NCBI GenBank assembly: GCA_963709345.1
Contig: CAVPVX010000011.1
Location: 32,001-96,000, forward strand
DNA length: 64,000 nucleotides
Reading direction: 5' to 3'
Origin: an uncultured Actinomycetes bacterium
GTDB lineage: Bacteria; Actinomycetota; Thermoleophilia; UBA2241
This document shows positions 46,460 through 57,660 of this stretch, piece after piece. Both the position numbers and the translations under genes were made by a program. Every line of letters begins with the position of its first letter. Within the stretch, counting starts at the first letter, position 1. The notes below the pieces were generated by a model that was not told the origin of the DNA, did no database searches, and worked only from the letters and a program-made list of their open reading frames with translations.

Positions 46460-47848
46460 ATGCTCTCCCATTGTTCCGGAACATCGCCCGCCTCGTCCGT
46501 ATCCGGCGCACTTCCGACAGGCCCGCTACGTCACCGGCACCGTCTCGCGGGGGCCTTCCGGGCCACGCTCTATATCGCTCTGGCGATTGCTCCGTTGCTC
46601 GTGGCTCTCGTGCCTCCGGCGCCGCCGGGGCGGGACTTCTGGACTGAGTTGGCGGTGGCCATCGGCTTCATCGGGCTCTCCACCATGTGCCTGCAGTTCG
46701 CCGTGTCCGCTCGCTTCCGCCACGTCGCGGCGCCGTTCGGTATCGATGTCGTGATCCAGTTCCACCGGCAGATCGCGATCTTCGCCGCGTGCCTGGTCGC
46801 TGCGCATCCCGTCATTCTGATCATCGCCGACCCCGAGCGACTGGGCTTGCTCAACCCGCTTTCGGCTCCTTGGCGGGCACGTGCCGGTCTCCTTGGCCTT
46901 GTCGCGGCCATCCTCCTGACGGCTCTGGCCCTCGGACGCCGACGGCTGCATCTCCGCTACGGGATCTGGCAAGCCAGCCACGGGGTCTTGGCGCTGCTCG
47001 CCGTTACCGGCACCCTGGTCCACATCGAACTCGTCGGCCACTACGTGGACACACCGTGGAAACGCATCCTCTGGGTCGCCTACACAGCGTCTGTCATCGC
47101 CCTGCTGGTCCACGTGCGCCTCGTGCGGCCGCTGCTGCAGCGGCGACGCCCCTACAAGGTCGTCGCCGTCCATCAGGAAAGGGGCAACGCCTGGACGCTG
47201 GAGCTGAGTCCGCAGGGGCATCCCGGCCTGAGGTTTCTGCCCGGTCAGTTCGCTTGGCTGACCCTGGGCAGCTCGCCGTTCGCCATCGAGCAACACCCCT
47301 TCTCGTTCTCATCGAGCGCGCTCGACCCCGCGCACCTTGCGCAGACCATCAAGGAGCGCGGGGACTTCACGTCCGGCGTCGGCAGTGTGGAGCTCGGTAC
47401 CGTCGCCTATCTGGAGGGACCGCACGGCGCCTTCAGCATCGACCGCTACGATGGGCCCGGATACGTGTTCGTCGCCGGCGGCATCGGCATCACTCCGATG
47501 ATGAGCATGCTACGCACGCTTGCCGACCGACACGACGACCGTCACCACGAACTCGTGTACGCTGCTGAGGGCGTCGAGGACCTGACGTTCCGTGACGAGA
47601 TCGAACGGCTCACGGAGGTGCTCGACCTGGAGGTCGTCTACGTGCTCTCCCGCCCTCCCGAGGACTGGCAGGGTGAAAGCGGCCGAGTGACGAGAGAGCT
47701 GCTGAGCCGGCACGTCGTCGACGACTGGCCGCGACACGCCTACTTCGTCTGCGGGCCTGAGCCGATGATGGATGCGGTCGAGCGTGCCCTCGTTGCCGGC
47801 GGTGTACCCCTCGACCAGATCTTCACAGAGCGTTTCGCGTTCGTCTGA
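46460..47848 (+). CDS. Ferric reductase-like membrane FAD/NAD(P)-binding oxidoreductase
   Basis: TM helices with His (FHRQ, AHP, SHG, VH), PGQFAW, HPFS, EGPHG, AGGIGITP, CGP; start uncertain. Confidence 0.85.
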   Translation: MLSHCSGTSPASSVSGALPTGPLRHRHRLAGAFRATLYIALAIAPLLVALVPPAPPGRDFWTELAVAIGFIGLSTMCLQFAVSARFRHVAAPFGIDVVIQFHRQIAIFAACLVAAHPVILIIADPERLGLLNPLSAPWRARAGLLGLVAAILLTALALGRRRLHLRYGIWQASHGVLALLAVTGTLVHIELVGHYVDTPWKRILWVAYTASVIALLVHVRLVRPLLQRRRPYKVVAVHQERGNAWTLELSPQGHPGLRFLPGQFAWLTLGSSPFAIEQHPFSFSSSALDPAHLAQTIKERGDFTSGVGSVELGTVAYLEGPHGAFSIDRYDGPGYVFVAGGIGITPMMSMLRTLADRHDDRHHELVYAAEGVEDLTFRDEIERLTEVLDLEVVYVLSRPPEDWQGESGRVTRELLSRHVVDDWPRHAYFVCGPEPMMDAVERALVAGGVPLDQIFTERFAFV

Positions 47849-47863
47849 ACGGACGGAGACCGG

Positions 47864-47956
47864 ATGCGACACAGATATGCCACGCTCTTCATGATCGCGA
47901 CGACGGTTCTCACGTTGCTGGCGGCGGTGCTCTTCGCAGCGCTGCGGAGCATCTGA
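47864..47956 (+). CDS. Small 30-aa single-TM protein
   Basis: GGAG RBS; MRHRYATLFMIATTVLTLLAAVLFAALRSI*. Confidence 0.45.
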   Translation: MRHRYATLFMIATTVLTLLAAVLFAALRSI

Positions 47957-47967
47957 GCGTCGCAGAT

Positions 47968-48075
47968 GCCGACCGCCGCCTCGTCTTTCTGCCCATCGGC
48001 GGCGACCGCCTGAGCGTGTCGCTCGCGCGCTTCACGGGGGCGCGGGTGGAGGACCGCCGCCGCGCCGCCGCCGCC
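47968..48075 (+). pseudogene. Relic fragment homologous to the 45812-46369 gene
   Basis: DRRLVFLPIGGDRLSVSLARFTGARVE vs GRRVVFAPISGERLSVPLVRVSGARLK. Confidence 0.7.
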
Positions 48076-48430
48076 GCGCAGGATCCGTGGCTCCTGGGCG
48101 GTCGGCGGCACGCTCACCGTCGAGTGGGAGACGTCGAGCGCGAACCCGGTGTGTTCCTGACCACCTGCTCCGGCGTCACGCCCTTAGTGCTCAGCGAGGT
48201 ACATCTCGTGCGACTCCTCGGCGAACTTGAGCACGCAGTAGGTCGGTGACCACGGCGATGGGACCCCCGCGCCGGTAGCCGGCGTAGCGGCGCGAGTCGC
48301 CGCCCTGGAGCCAGCTGGGCGTCGTGAAGTAGTCGAGCTTCTCGACGTACTCCTCCACGCCGTGCTGCATGAACACGATGTGGCCGCTCGCCAGCGAACC
48401 GGTGTCGCAGCCGCCGCCGCTCCTGACGCT
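48076..48430 (-). pseudogene. Relic 3' fragment of CoA-transferase beta subunit
   Basis: GGGCDTGSLASGHIVFMQHG...YRRGGPIAVVTD matches 51556-52374; contains indels and a stop. Confidence 0.85.
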
Positions 48431-48479
48431 TCGGTCGTGGTGCGGGCGCGTCTCGCGGCCCCCGGCGCCGGTCATCCGC

Positions 48480-48805
48480 TCAGTCAAACGCGTACGCAGT
48501 TTCCCCGTGCAGCGCGCCGTCAAGGCCCTTGTCCTGGATCTCGTCGGGTACCCGTACCGGCTGGAAGTGGTTGATCGTCTTGAGGATCAGCCAGGTGACG
48601 ACGAACGCGTAGGCGCCGACGATGAGTACCGACGGGACCTGTACGCCGAAAACGCTTGGGTTGCCGCGGAGAAGACCATCGGCGCCCGCGGCGTTGATGG
48701 CCGTGCTCGCGAACACGCCGAGCAGGATCGAGCCCATGATGCCGCCAACGCCGTGGGCGGCCCACACGTCAAGAGCGTCGTCCCAGTTCGTGAAGGTCTT
48801 GAGCC
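48480..48805 (-). pseudogene. Relic 3' fragment of ammonium transporter
   Basis: Diverged copy of the last ~105 codons of amt; no N-terminal part. Confidence 0.85.
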
Positions 48806-48850
48806 TGACCGACGCCGGCGTGGATGTACACGGGAGCGGTAGCGACGCCG

Positions 48851-48900
48851 GCACTTGAACGGGCGGGGTCGCTCCCTTTCGACCCCGCCCGTTCAAGTGC
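48851..48900 (-). terminator. 21-bp perfect hairpin downstream of amt
   Basis: GCACTTGAACGGGCGGGGTCG-N8-CGACCCCGCCCGTTCAAGTGC. Confidence 0.7.
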
Positions 48901-48945
48901 GGCTGCTGAGCGCCGGCCGCGTCTCGCGGCCGGCGCCCAGCCTGC

Positions 48946-50175
<1,230 letters not shown>

Positions 50176-50455
50176 GCGAAATCCTCCTATGAACGTGTCC
50201 GGCACCCCAGGCTCGGAACCCTCAAGGGAGTACGTCGGCGAACCGCACCCGTGAACCAGACTCTGGCCGGGCGTCAATGGGGATACCCTCCAGCCATCTA
50301 GCCCGATTGGCGCGATTCTCACAGCTCGTCAACCGGCTGGCAAGAGGCCGCCGCGCCAGACCGCGCGCATGGGTCGCGGTCGTCTTCGGCGTGGACGCGC
50401 CACGCGTCAGGTGCGCATCACCTCAGGTGGGACGCGGCCCTCCGGTCGCGCCGCG

Positions 50456-51394
50456 TCACGTGAGGTCGAGGATGTGGTTCTCGAGGATCTGGTTCTTGTA
50501 GTCCCACGGCCCGTTGATCCCCTCGAGCTGCAGGTACCACTCGGCGCATTGCACAAGCACCTCGGCCTCGATCGTGCCGCAGATCTGTCCTGCGATGACG
50601 TTCACGCCGTACCGGGCGGCTTCGGCCTTGACCAGGTTGAAGACGCGGTGGAGTGGCGTCTGCAAAGGGTTGCTGATCTCGATGGACACCTCGACGACCT
50701 TCTTGCCCGTGCGGCGGTGCGTCTGCGGGAGGCCGATCGTGCCCTGGATGTTCGTGAACCCTCCGGTCGTGCCGCGCACCGCGTTGGCGCACTTCCGGGC
50801 GATCTCCAGATCGTCGGTGTCGAGCACGACGTTGAAGTACGCGTCGTGTTCCTCGACGGCGCCGACGATCGTGGCCCCGGCCGTCGGATGCAGCTTTGCG
50901 GGCCCGAGGTCGGGGGCCCGCAGCGGATCTACGAGGACGGCCTCTTTGAGCCCCTCGTAGTTGCCCTTGCGGATGAAGGTCAGGCCCTCGTTCTCAGGGC
51001 GGCGCGCGTTCTTCCCGGTGAAGTAGATGGGCACGTCGTAGCGATTGTAGAGCTCCTCGCCGAGATCCTCCGCGAAGTCCTTCGCCTCCTCGATGGTGAT
51101 GTTCTTGGCGGGGTAGACCTCGATGGTGTCCACGGCTCCCACGCGCGGGTGGCGACCGTGCTGTTTCTCCATGTCGATGAGCTCGTAGGCTTTGCCGGCC
51201 ATGGCGAGCAGCGCCTCCTTCATCGCCTCGGGGCGACCCAGCACCTCGGCGGGCAGGCGGTCGAACTCAGGATCGGGCTCGTAGCCGATGAGCTTGACGC
51301 CCTCGCGGCCGCGGAGCTGGTCCATGATCGCCTCGATGACTTCCGGCCGGGTGCCGTCGCTCATGTTCGGGTCTGAAAGGATGTAACGCGCCAT
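50456..51394 (-). CDS. Glutamate formimidoyltransferase (FTCD N-terminal) family protein
   Basis: PNMSDG, IDMEKQHGRHPRVGAVD, IRKGNYEGL, PDLGP..LHPTAGA. Confidence 0.82.
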   Translation of the reverse strand: MARYILSDPNMSDGTRPEVIEAIMDQLRGREGVKLIGYEPDPEFDRLPAEVLGRPEAMKEALLAMAGKAYELIDMEKQHGRHPRVGAVDTIEVYPAKNITIEEAKDFAEDLGEELYNRYDVPIYFTGKNARRPENEGLTFIRKGNYEGLKEAVLVDPLRAPDLGPAKLHPTAGATIVGAVEEHDAYFNVVLDTDDLEIARKCANAVRGTTGGFTNIQGTIGLPQTHRRTGKKVVEVSIEISNPLQTPLHRVFNLVKAEAARYGVNVIAGQICGTIEAEVLVQCAEWYLQLEGINGPWDYKNQILENHILDLT

Positions 51395-51555
51395 CAGATC
51401 ACCTCTTGCTGCCGATTCATGCGTGCGCTCACGCGCCGCGGGGATTCATGCGTCACGACGGTTGTCCGCCTCTTCGCCGGGTGTGCAGCTGCCCCCAAGC
51501 CTGCGGCAGAAGTGTACACCGGCGGGGCACCACGGCATCGCACCTGCGGCCAGCC

Positions 51556-52374
51556 TCAGCCGGAGGCTGAGCCCAGGATCAGGCGCTGCGGATCGACCTC
51601 GTCGCGCAGGATGCGCAGCTCCTCCGCGCTCGGCGGCACGGTGACGGCGGCGCGTGAGACATCGAGCGCGAAGCCCGTGTTCTGCCGCACCTGCTCCGCC
51701 GTGACGCCCGCGAAGTGCTCGGCAAGGTACATCTCGTGCGTCGCCTCGTCGAACTTGAGCACGCAGAGGTCGCTGACCACGGCGATGGGGCCGCCGCGCC
51801 GGTAGCCGGCGCGGCGGCGCGAGTCGCCGCCGCTGAGCCAGCCCGGCGTGGTCAGGTAGTCGAGCTTCTCGACGAACTTCTGTACGCCGTGCTGCATGAA
51901 CACGATGTAGCCGCTGGCCAGTGAACCGGCGTCGCAGGCGCCGCCGCTGCCGCTGAAGCGGACCTTCGGCGCCAGGTAGTCGCCGATCACCGTCGAGTTC
52001 ATGTTGCCGTAGCGGTCGATCTGCGCGGCGCCGAGAAAGGCGATCGTGTTCAGGCGCGGGTTGGCGACGTAGCTGAACGCCTCCACCAGGCCGGCGTTGA
52101 GGTTGGCGAACGCCATCACCCGCGGGTCCGCCACCGCCATCGGCAGCTCTTCCAGCGTCGGCCCGATGCCACCGGTCTCGAAGAAGATGTGGGCGTGCGG
52201 GGCGTGGATGCGCTTGGCGACAGTCGCCGCCAGCATCGCCACGCCGGTGCCGGCGAAGAGCACGTCGCCGTCCTTGATGAACCGTCCGGCGGCGATCGCC
52301 ATCATCTCGCGCGCGGAGTAGGCGTCGGCGGCGGGCGGCGCCAGGGCCTCAGGGTTTCTCGTTGACTCGGGCAT
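51556..52374 (-). CDS. CoA-transferase beta subunit (glutaconate CoA-transferase-like)
   Basis: FAGTG, FETGG, FLGAAQIDRYGNMNST, GSGGACD. Confidence 0.88.
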   Translation of the reverse strand: MPESTRNPEALAPPAADAYSAREMMAIAAGRFIKDGDVLFAGTGVAMLAATVAKRIHAPHAHIFFETGGIGPTLEELPMAVADPRVMAFANLNAGLVEAFSYVANPRLNTIAFLGAAQIDRYGNMNSTVIGDYLAPKVRFSGSGGACDAGSLASGYIVFMQHGVQKFVEKLDYLTTPGWLSGGDSRRRAGYRRGGPIAVVSDLCVLKFDEATHEMYLAEHFAGVTAEQVRQNTGFALDVSRAAVTVPPSAEELRILRDEVDPQRLILGSASG

Positions 52375-52379
52375 CTGTC

Positions 52380-53357
52380 CTACCTCCGGTCGAGACCGGG
52401 CGCGTAGCCGGCCACCGTGTTCGCCCTGATCCTCGCCAGCTGCGCGCCGCCGACCTTGTCGAGGTAGCCGTCCCAGCTCTGGACTTCGTCGACCCACTCG
52501 CGCAGGTAGGCGGCCCATGTCCCGTCGTCCTTGGCCGCCGCCTTGTAGTGGTTCAGGTGCGCCGGGTCGTAGTCGTAGAAATAGGGAACGGCGGTGGGGT
52601 GCGCCCCGTAGGGCACCGGCACCACGGCGTCCACGAGGAACGGGGGCAGGGAGTTCTGGCCGGGGTCGAGTCGCAGGTAGCCGTCGGGAACGATCTCCTC
52701 GCAGGTGACGACGACGGCCCTCGCCGCCTTGCACTGCTCGAGGTCGGCAAAGGTCAGGCCTTTGATGCGCACCGTCCCGTCGGTGCTGACCTGCTGGGCA
52801 TGGATGATGGACACGTCGGGCGTCAGCGCCGGCACGAGGACCACCTCGTCGTCGCCGTCGCCGAAGGGATTGTCGATGACGACGACCTTCTTGGACGGCA
52901 CGCCGTCCGTGCCGCGCAGTTCGGGCGGGAAGCCCTCGCGGGCGATGATGTCGGTGCCGAGCGCGGACTTGCTGGGGATGAACGGTAGGCTCAGCGACCC
53001 GGCGAGGAAGCGCAGGCTCATCATGTTGTTGCTGTAGTCCTCGACCTGCAGCTCGCCCCGCTCGATCGCCTTGCGGAAGCGGATGCAGGTGGGCGCGAAG
53101 CGGCCGTTGCCGCCGTAGGCGATCTCCAGGCGGCGCACGCAGCCGGCGCCGACGAGCACGTCCAGCGCCTGGCCGTTGGAGTGGGCGACTAGGTGCAGGT
53201 CCTTGATGCGGCGGCGGACGATCTCGTAGACCGCCGCCATCGGGTTGCGGGTGATGGTGAAGCCGCCGACGGCGATCTGGCAGCCGCCGGGGACGAAGCG
53301 CTCGACCGCTTCGCTGACGGTCATCAGCTTGCCGTCGAGACCGTTGTGTTTGGCCAC
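52380..53357 (-). CDS. CoA-transferase alpha subunit (glutaconate CoA-transferase-like)
   Basis: GGFTITRNPMAAVYEI, LPFIP, PALTPDVSIIHAQ, GAHPT. Confidence 0.88.
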   Translation of the reverse strand: MAKHNGLDGKLMTVSEAVERFVPGGCQIAVGGFTITRNPMAAVYEIVRRRIKDLHLVAHSNGQALDVLVGAGCVRRLEIAYGGNGRFAPTCIRFRKAIERGELQVEDYSNNMMSLRFLAGSLSLPFIPSKSALGTDIIAREGFPPELRGTDGVPSKKVVVIDNPFGDGDDEVVLVPALTPDVSIIHAQQVSTDGTVRIKGLTFADLEQCKAARAVVVTCEEIVPDGYLRLDPGQNSLPPFLVDAVVPVPYGAHPTAVPYFYDYDPAHLNHYKAAAKDDGTWAAYLREWVDEVQSWDGYLDKVGGAQLARIRANTVAGYAPGLDRR

Positions 53358-53592
53358 TGCTGCCCCCTTCTCGAGTCTGCGGGAGGTCCCTTAACGCGGA
53401 AACCCCAGCGAGCACGCTTCGTCTCAGCTGGGGAACAGGGCCTGCTGGAGGGGCCGGTGGGAACGCCGCCGGCCCGGGCCTTGCGGCAGCGGGATAATGA
53501 TACACGGGGGCGGCGGCGGTGCAACTGTTCCGCCGTGACGAGGGGCGCCGGCGGGTCGGGACGGTGCGCGCCTGTGCTAGCATTCGGGCACG

Positions 53593-53973
53593 ATGGATGA
53601 GCCGACCACCTTTCTCTTCTCAGGCTACGCGCGCCTGCCGCAGGACGTGAGCCACCAGGCGATGTACAAGCGCGTCGGCGTGGTGCTTGAGGTCGCCGCG
53701 AACGGGGAAGTGGTGGCCTGCAGCACGACGCTGATGATGGTCACCGCCGTGGGGTTCTTCGAGCGCCTCCTGGTGGGGCGCAACGTGCTCACCGAGCGAC
53801 GCGAGATCGAGGCGTTGGTGCGCTACCGCTACCGCGGCCACTCGCAGGGCGCGCTGATCAGCGCTCTGCACAAGGCGTTCGAGGCCGTCGACCAGAGCCC
53901 GCTGGTGCTGGGCGAGGCCGCCGGTCCGCTGCCGAGCGCTCGCCCCGACGCCGAGGCCGAGCCGCGCGGGTAG
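53593..53973 (+). CDS. DUF3870 domain protein
   Basis: GYARLP..., RYRGHSQGALISAL pattern. Confidence 0.65.
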   Translation: MDEPTTFLFSGYARLPQDVSHQAMYKRVGVVLEVAANGEVVACSTTLMMVTAVGFFERLLVGRNVLTERREIEALVRYRYRGHSQGALISALHKAFEAVDQSPLVLGEAAGPLPSARPDAEAEPRG

Positions 53974-54012
53974 GCCGGCCCGCGTGGGCAGGTGACGGTC
54001 GCGGGACCCGGG

Positions 54013-54648
54013 CTAGAGCCCGCGGATCCCCTTGACTCCCAGGTACACGGCGATCACGAAGCAGACGACCGCGACGATCTTGTCGCCATGCTTCGTGAGC
54101 GCGTGGCGCAGCGGGTCGAGCACGCGGGCGGCGGCCTGCGGCGCGCCGTACGCGAGGCCCACCGGCACGAGCATCGGAGAGAGGCAGATGATGAGGAAGA
54201 CGGCCAAGGCCGTCCACAAGGCGGCCGCCCCGAGGCCGGAGATCGCCATCTCCTTGAGTGCCACCAGGTAGGGCACGATCGACGAGAAGTCGGTGGCGGC
54301 GAGCGCGAGGCCGGCGGCGAAGCCGCCGGCCGGGCCGAGCCGCCGCTTCTTCTTGGTCTCGTCGACCTTCTTCGGCTTCCTGCGCAGAGCGCGCACGCCG
54401 AGGTAGACGATCACCACGGCGGCGACGATGTCGATGATTGCCGAGGTCGTCGACGGTCTGAGCTCGAGACGCAGGCCGAAGGCGAGCACGACGACGCCGA
54501 AGCCGATGAACACCACGCAGAAGCCCGCGCTCAGGAAGAGCGCCGCGCGCTTCGAGGTCGCAAGCAGCGCGACCAGCACGAGCACCCCGGTCGGATTGAC
54601 GGCGGCGGCGATCGCCAGCGGCAGGATCTTGAGGATGAGATCGGTCAT
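54013..54648 (-). CDS. GAP/Sap family membrane protein
   Basis: LPLAIAAAVNP N-terminus, about 6 TM helices, C-terminal KGI. Confidence 0.7.
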   Translation of the reverse strand: MTDLILKILPLAIAAAVNPTGVLVLVALLATSKRAALFLSAGFCVVFIGFGVVVLAFGLRLELRPSTTSAIIDIVAAVVIVYLGVRALRRKPKKVDETKKKRRLGPAGGFAAGLALAATDFSSIVPYLVALKEMAISGLGAAALWTALAVFLIICLSPMLVPVGLAYGAPQAAARVLDPLRHALTKHGDKIVAVVCFVIAVYLGVKGIRGL

Positions 54649-55031
54649 CGATGTGGAGTTCTGACCCCGGGCTCGTCCCCCTGCCACGGGGGCGGTCGTC
54701 GGTCGTGGATCGGCTTGAGCGCGGGGCCGGTCGGCGAAGGGCCGCCGGGTCGTACTTCCATCCGGATCTTGGGCCAGCCTGTCGAACGGGGCGGGCTTGC
54801 GCGCCGATGCCGCCCCATCCTATGATGCATCTGCTGCACACATGATCACAGTCGGGCGCCGTCTCCGCCCGCTGTGCCACAGATCATGGACCCCCAGCGA
54901 ACGCTTCGGCGTCCCCTGGGGGTCTCCGTCGTTTCCGGGGGTAAGCTGAGGTGCTGGGCCGGGCCCGCCGCTTCGCGGCTTCGCCGGCCCTCATGCCATG
55001 GGAAACAACGGTCCCCTGAGGAGGGAGCTGC

Positions 55032-56264
55032 ATGGACTTCCGTTACACCACCGAGCAGGAGATGTACCGCCAGGCCATCCGCGAGTGGCTGACGAAGAAC
55101 CTCGAGCCGCGTGCCCGCGGCATCGACGAGGCTGAAGACGGGATCCCCGACGACATCACCGCCGGCATGGCCGAGATGGGGATGTTCGGCGTGACGATCC
55201 CCGAGGAGTACGGCGGTATGCCGCTCCCCGACGACGAGCGCCTCATCTACGCGATGATCACGGTGCACGAGATCGCCCGCGCCGACCTCAGCATGAGCAC
55301 CCCTGTGTACACGCTGCTCACGATCGGCTGGTCGTACATCATCAATCGCTACGGCACCGACGAGTTGAAGCAGGAAGTCCTTCCGGCCGTGGCCGCCGGC
55401 AAGGCGTTCGCCGGCATCAACACCACCGAGCCCGGCGGCGGCTCCGACCTCGGCGCGATCAAGACCATCGCGCCGTGGAGCGAGGAGAAGCAGGCCTTCG
55501 TCATGACCGGCGAGAAGGCCTACGTTTCCGGTCCCAAGGAGTGCGAGAAGTGGGGCGCTCCGAGCGGCCACTGCACCCTGGTCAAGACCGATCCGAGCCA
55601 GGGACACAAGGGCATGACCTTCATCTGGGTGCCGGCACACCTCCCCGGCATCACCTACACGACCTACAAGGACATGGGCCGCATGGGCCTCAGCACCGGC
55701 GGCTGGATCTACAAGGACGTCGAACTGCCGCGCAAGTACGTCCTGGGCGAAGAGGGCAAGGGCTTCTACGTGAACATGGACGGCTTCAACGCCGCCCGCG
55801 TGCTCGTGGCTGCCGCCTGTCTCGGCGGCGCCGAGAAGGCGCTCGAGATCAGCGGTGAGTACACGGCGCAGCGCACCACCTTCGGCAAGCCCCTGGGCAA
55901 GAACGAAGGCATCTCCTTCGAGATGGCCGGCGACTGGATGCAGCTCGACATGCTCAAGCTGAACCTGCTGCGCGGCGCCTGGATGATCGGCCAGGAGCAC
56001 ACCGACCCCGGCCAGTTCAGCCGCAAAGACATCAACAAGGTCATCAGCACGGTCAAGTGCCTGAGCCCGACGCTCTGCCACGACATCGCCCGTCACGGGA
56101 TGATGTACCACGGCGCGTTCGGCTACACGAAGGAGACCCCGCTCGAGATGCTGCTGCGCGGCGTCATGAGCTACGAGGTCGGCGCCGAGGGCGGCCTGAT
56201 GATCATGCGCGGCATCATCGCCCGCGACGTGTGGGGCGAGACGCACAACCCGTTCAAGGACTGA
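55032..56264 (+). CDS. Acyl-CoA dehydrogenase
   Basis: IPEEYGG, TEPGGGSD, GEKAYVS, LGEEGKGF, RTTFGKPL, HGAFGY. Confidence 0.92.
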   Translation: MDFRYTTEQEMYRQAIREWLTKNLEPRARGIDEAEDGIPDDITAGMAEMGMFGVTIPEEYGGMPLPDDERLIYAMITVHEIARADLSMSTPVYTLLTIGWSYIINRYGTDELKQEVLPAVAAGKAFAGINTTEPGGGSDLGAIKTIAPWSEEKQAFVMTGEKAYVSGPKECEKWGAPSGHCTLVKTDPSQGHKGMTFIWVPAHLPGITYTTYKDMGRMGLSTGGWIYKDVELPRKYVLGEEGKGFYVNMDGFNAARVLVAAACLGGAEKALEISGEYTAQRTTFGKPLGKNEGISFEMAGDWMQLDMLKLNLLRGAWMIGQEHTDPGQFSRKDINKVISTVKCLSPTLCHDIARHGMMYHGAFGYTKETPLEMLLRGVMSYEVGAEGGLMIMRGIIARDVWGETHNPFKD

Positions 56265-56358
56265 CCAACGCAGTCTGAGGCCCCCGGGCCGGGTCGCCTG
56301 ACGGCGCCCGGCCCGTGGCGGCCAGGGCCGCCGGTCCCGATCAGCCGGGAGAGGTGAT

Positions 56359-57648
56359 ATGGAAACAGTCGAATGCATCGTCGTCGGTGGCGGCCTCGCC
56401 GGCCTCTCCGCTGCGTATGGGCTGGCGTCGGCCGGGGTCGAGGTCATGGTCCTCGAGCGCGGCGACTACTCGGGCGCCAAGAACGTCACCGGCGGGCGCC
56501 TCTACGTGAAGCCCATCCGCGGCTTCTACCCGGAGCTGTGGGATGAGGCGCCCTATGAGCGCCCCGTGGCGCGCGAACTGGTCACGATGATGGCCGAGGG
56601 CGCCCACACGACCATCGAGATCGCCTCGGACCGGTTCGCCGGCGACAAGCCGCAGAGCTACACCATCGTGCGCGCGAAGCTCGACCAGTGGCTTGCCGAG
56701 AAGGTCATGGAGAAGGGCGCGATGGTGGTGCCCAACATGAAGGTCGACGAGCTGCTGCGCAAGGACGGCCGCATCATCGGCATCCGCGCCGGCGGCGACG
56801 AGATCGGCGCGAACGTCGTCGTCGTGGCCGAGGGCGTGCTGCGGCTGCTCAGCAGCGAGGCGGGCCTCGCGGCAGAGCCGCAGGCGAAGCATCACGCGCT
56901 CGGCTACAAAGAGGTCATCGAGCTGCCCGCCGGCGTGATCGAGGACCGTTGGCACCTGAACCCCGGCGAGGGCGCCGCCCAGTTCTTCATGGGCGAGTGC
57001 ACCAGGGGCATGATGGGCGGCGGCTTCCTCTACACCAACAAGGACAGCATCTCGCTGGGCATGGTCGTCGGCATGGACGCCATGCGCACGCGGCGCGACG
57101 GCACCGAGAGCTGGCAGCTGCTCGACGAGTTCAAGGAGCTGCCCCAGATCAGGCCGCTGGTCGCCGGGGGCGCCGTCGCCGAGTACTCGGCGCACGTGGT
57201 GCCGGAGGGCGGCATCAGCCAGGTGCCCAGGCTCGCCGGCGACGGCTATCTGGTCGCCGGCGACACCGCCGGACTCAGCCTCAACGCGCTCGTGACCGTG
57301 CGCGGCATGGACTTCGCCATCGCCTCGGGCTACTTCGCCGCCGAGGCGGTCAAGAGGGCGAAGAAGGCCGGGGACTTCTCGGCCGCCGGCCTCGCGAGCT
57401 ACGAGTCGTCGCTGCGCGACAGCTTCGTGCTCAAAGACCTCGAGACGGCGCGCGCGATCCCCGGCTTCATGGAGAACCCGCGCCTCTTCACCCACTACCC
57501 CAAGGCCGTCTCGCAGCTGCTCGAGGACATCTACACCGTGGGCGAGCGGCCGCAGGCCGGCCTCTTCAAGAAGGCCTGGCGGGGAGTCCGGCGCGACTTC
57601 ATGAACGCGGCGACCGTCAAGGACGCCTGGTCGATGCGGAAGATCTGA
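56359..57648 (+). CDS. fixC: FixC-like ETF-quinone oxidoreductase flavoprotein
   Basis: VGGGLAG, ERGDYSGAKNVTGG, GGGFLYTNKDS, EYSAH, RGMDFAIASG. Confidence 0.9.
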   Translation: METVECIVVGGGLAGLSAAYGLASAGVEVMVLERGDYSGAKNVTGGRLYVKPIRGFYPELWDEAPYERPVARELVTMMAEGAHTTIEIASDRFAGDKPQSYTIVRAKLDQWLAEKVMEKGAMVVPNMKVDELLRKDGRIIGIRAGGDEIGANVVVVAEGVLRLLSSEAGLAAEPQAKHHALGYKEVIELPAGVIEDRWHLNPGEGAAQFFMGECTRGMMGGGFLYTNKDSISLGMVVGMDAMRTRRDGTESWQLLDEFKELPQIRPLVAGGAVAEYSAHVVPEGGISQVPRLAGDGYLVAGDTAGLSLNALVTVRGMDFAIASGYFAAEAVKRAKKAGDFSAAGLASYESSLRDSFVLKDLETARAIPGFMENPRLFTHYPKAVSQLLEDIYTVGERPQAGLFKKAWRGVRRDFMNAATVKDAWSMRKI

Positions 57649-57660
57649 AGGGGAGGAGCC

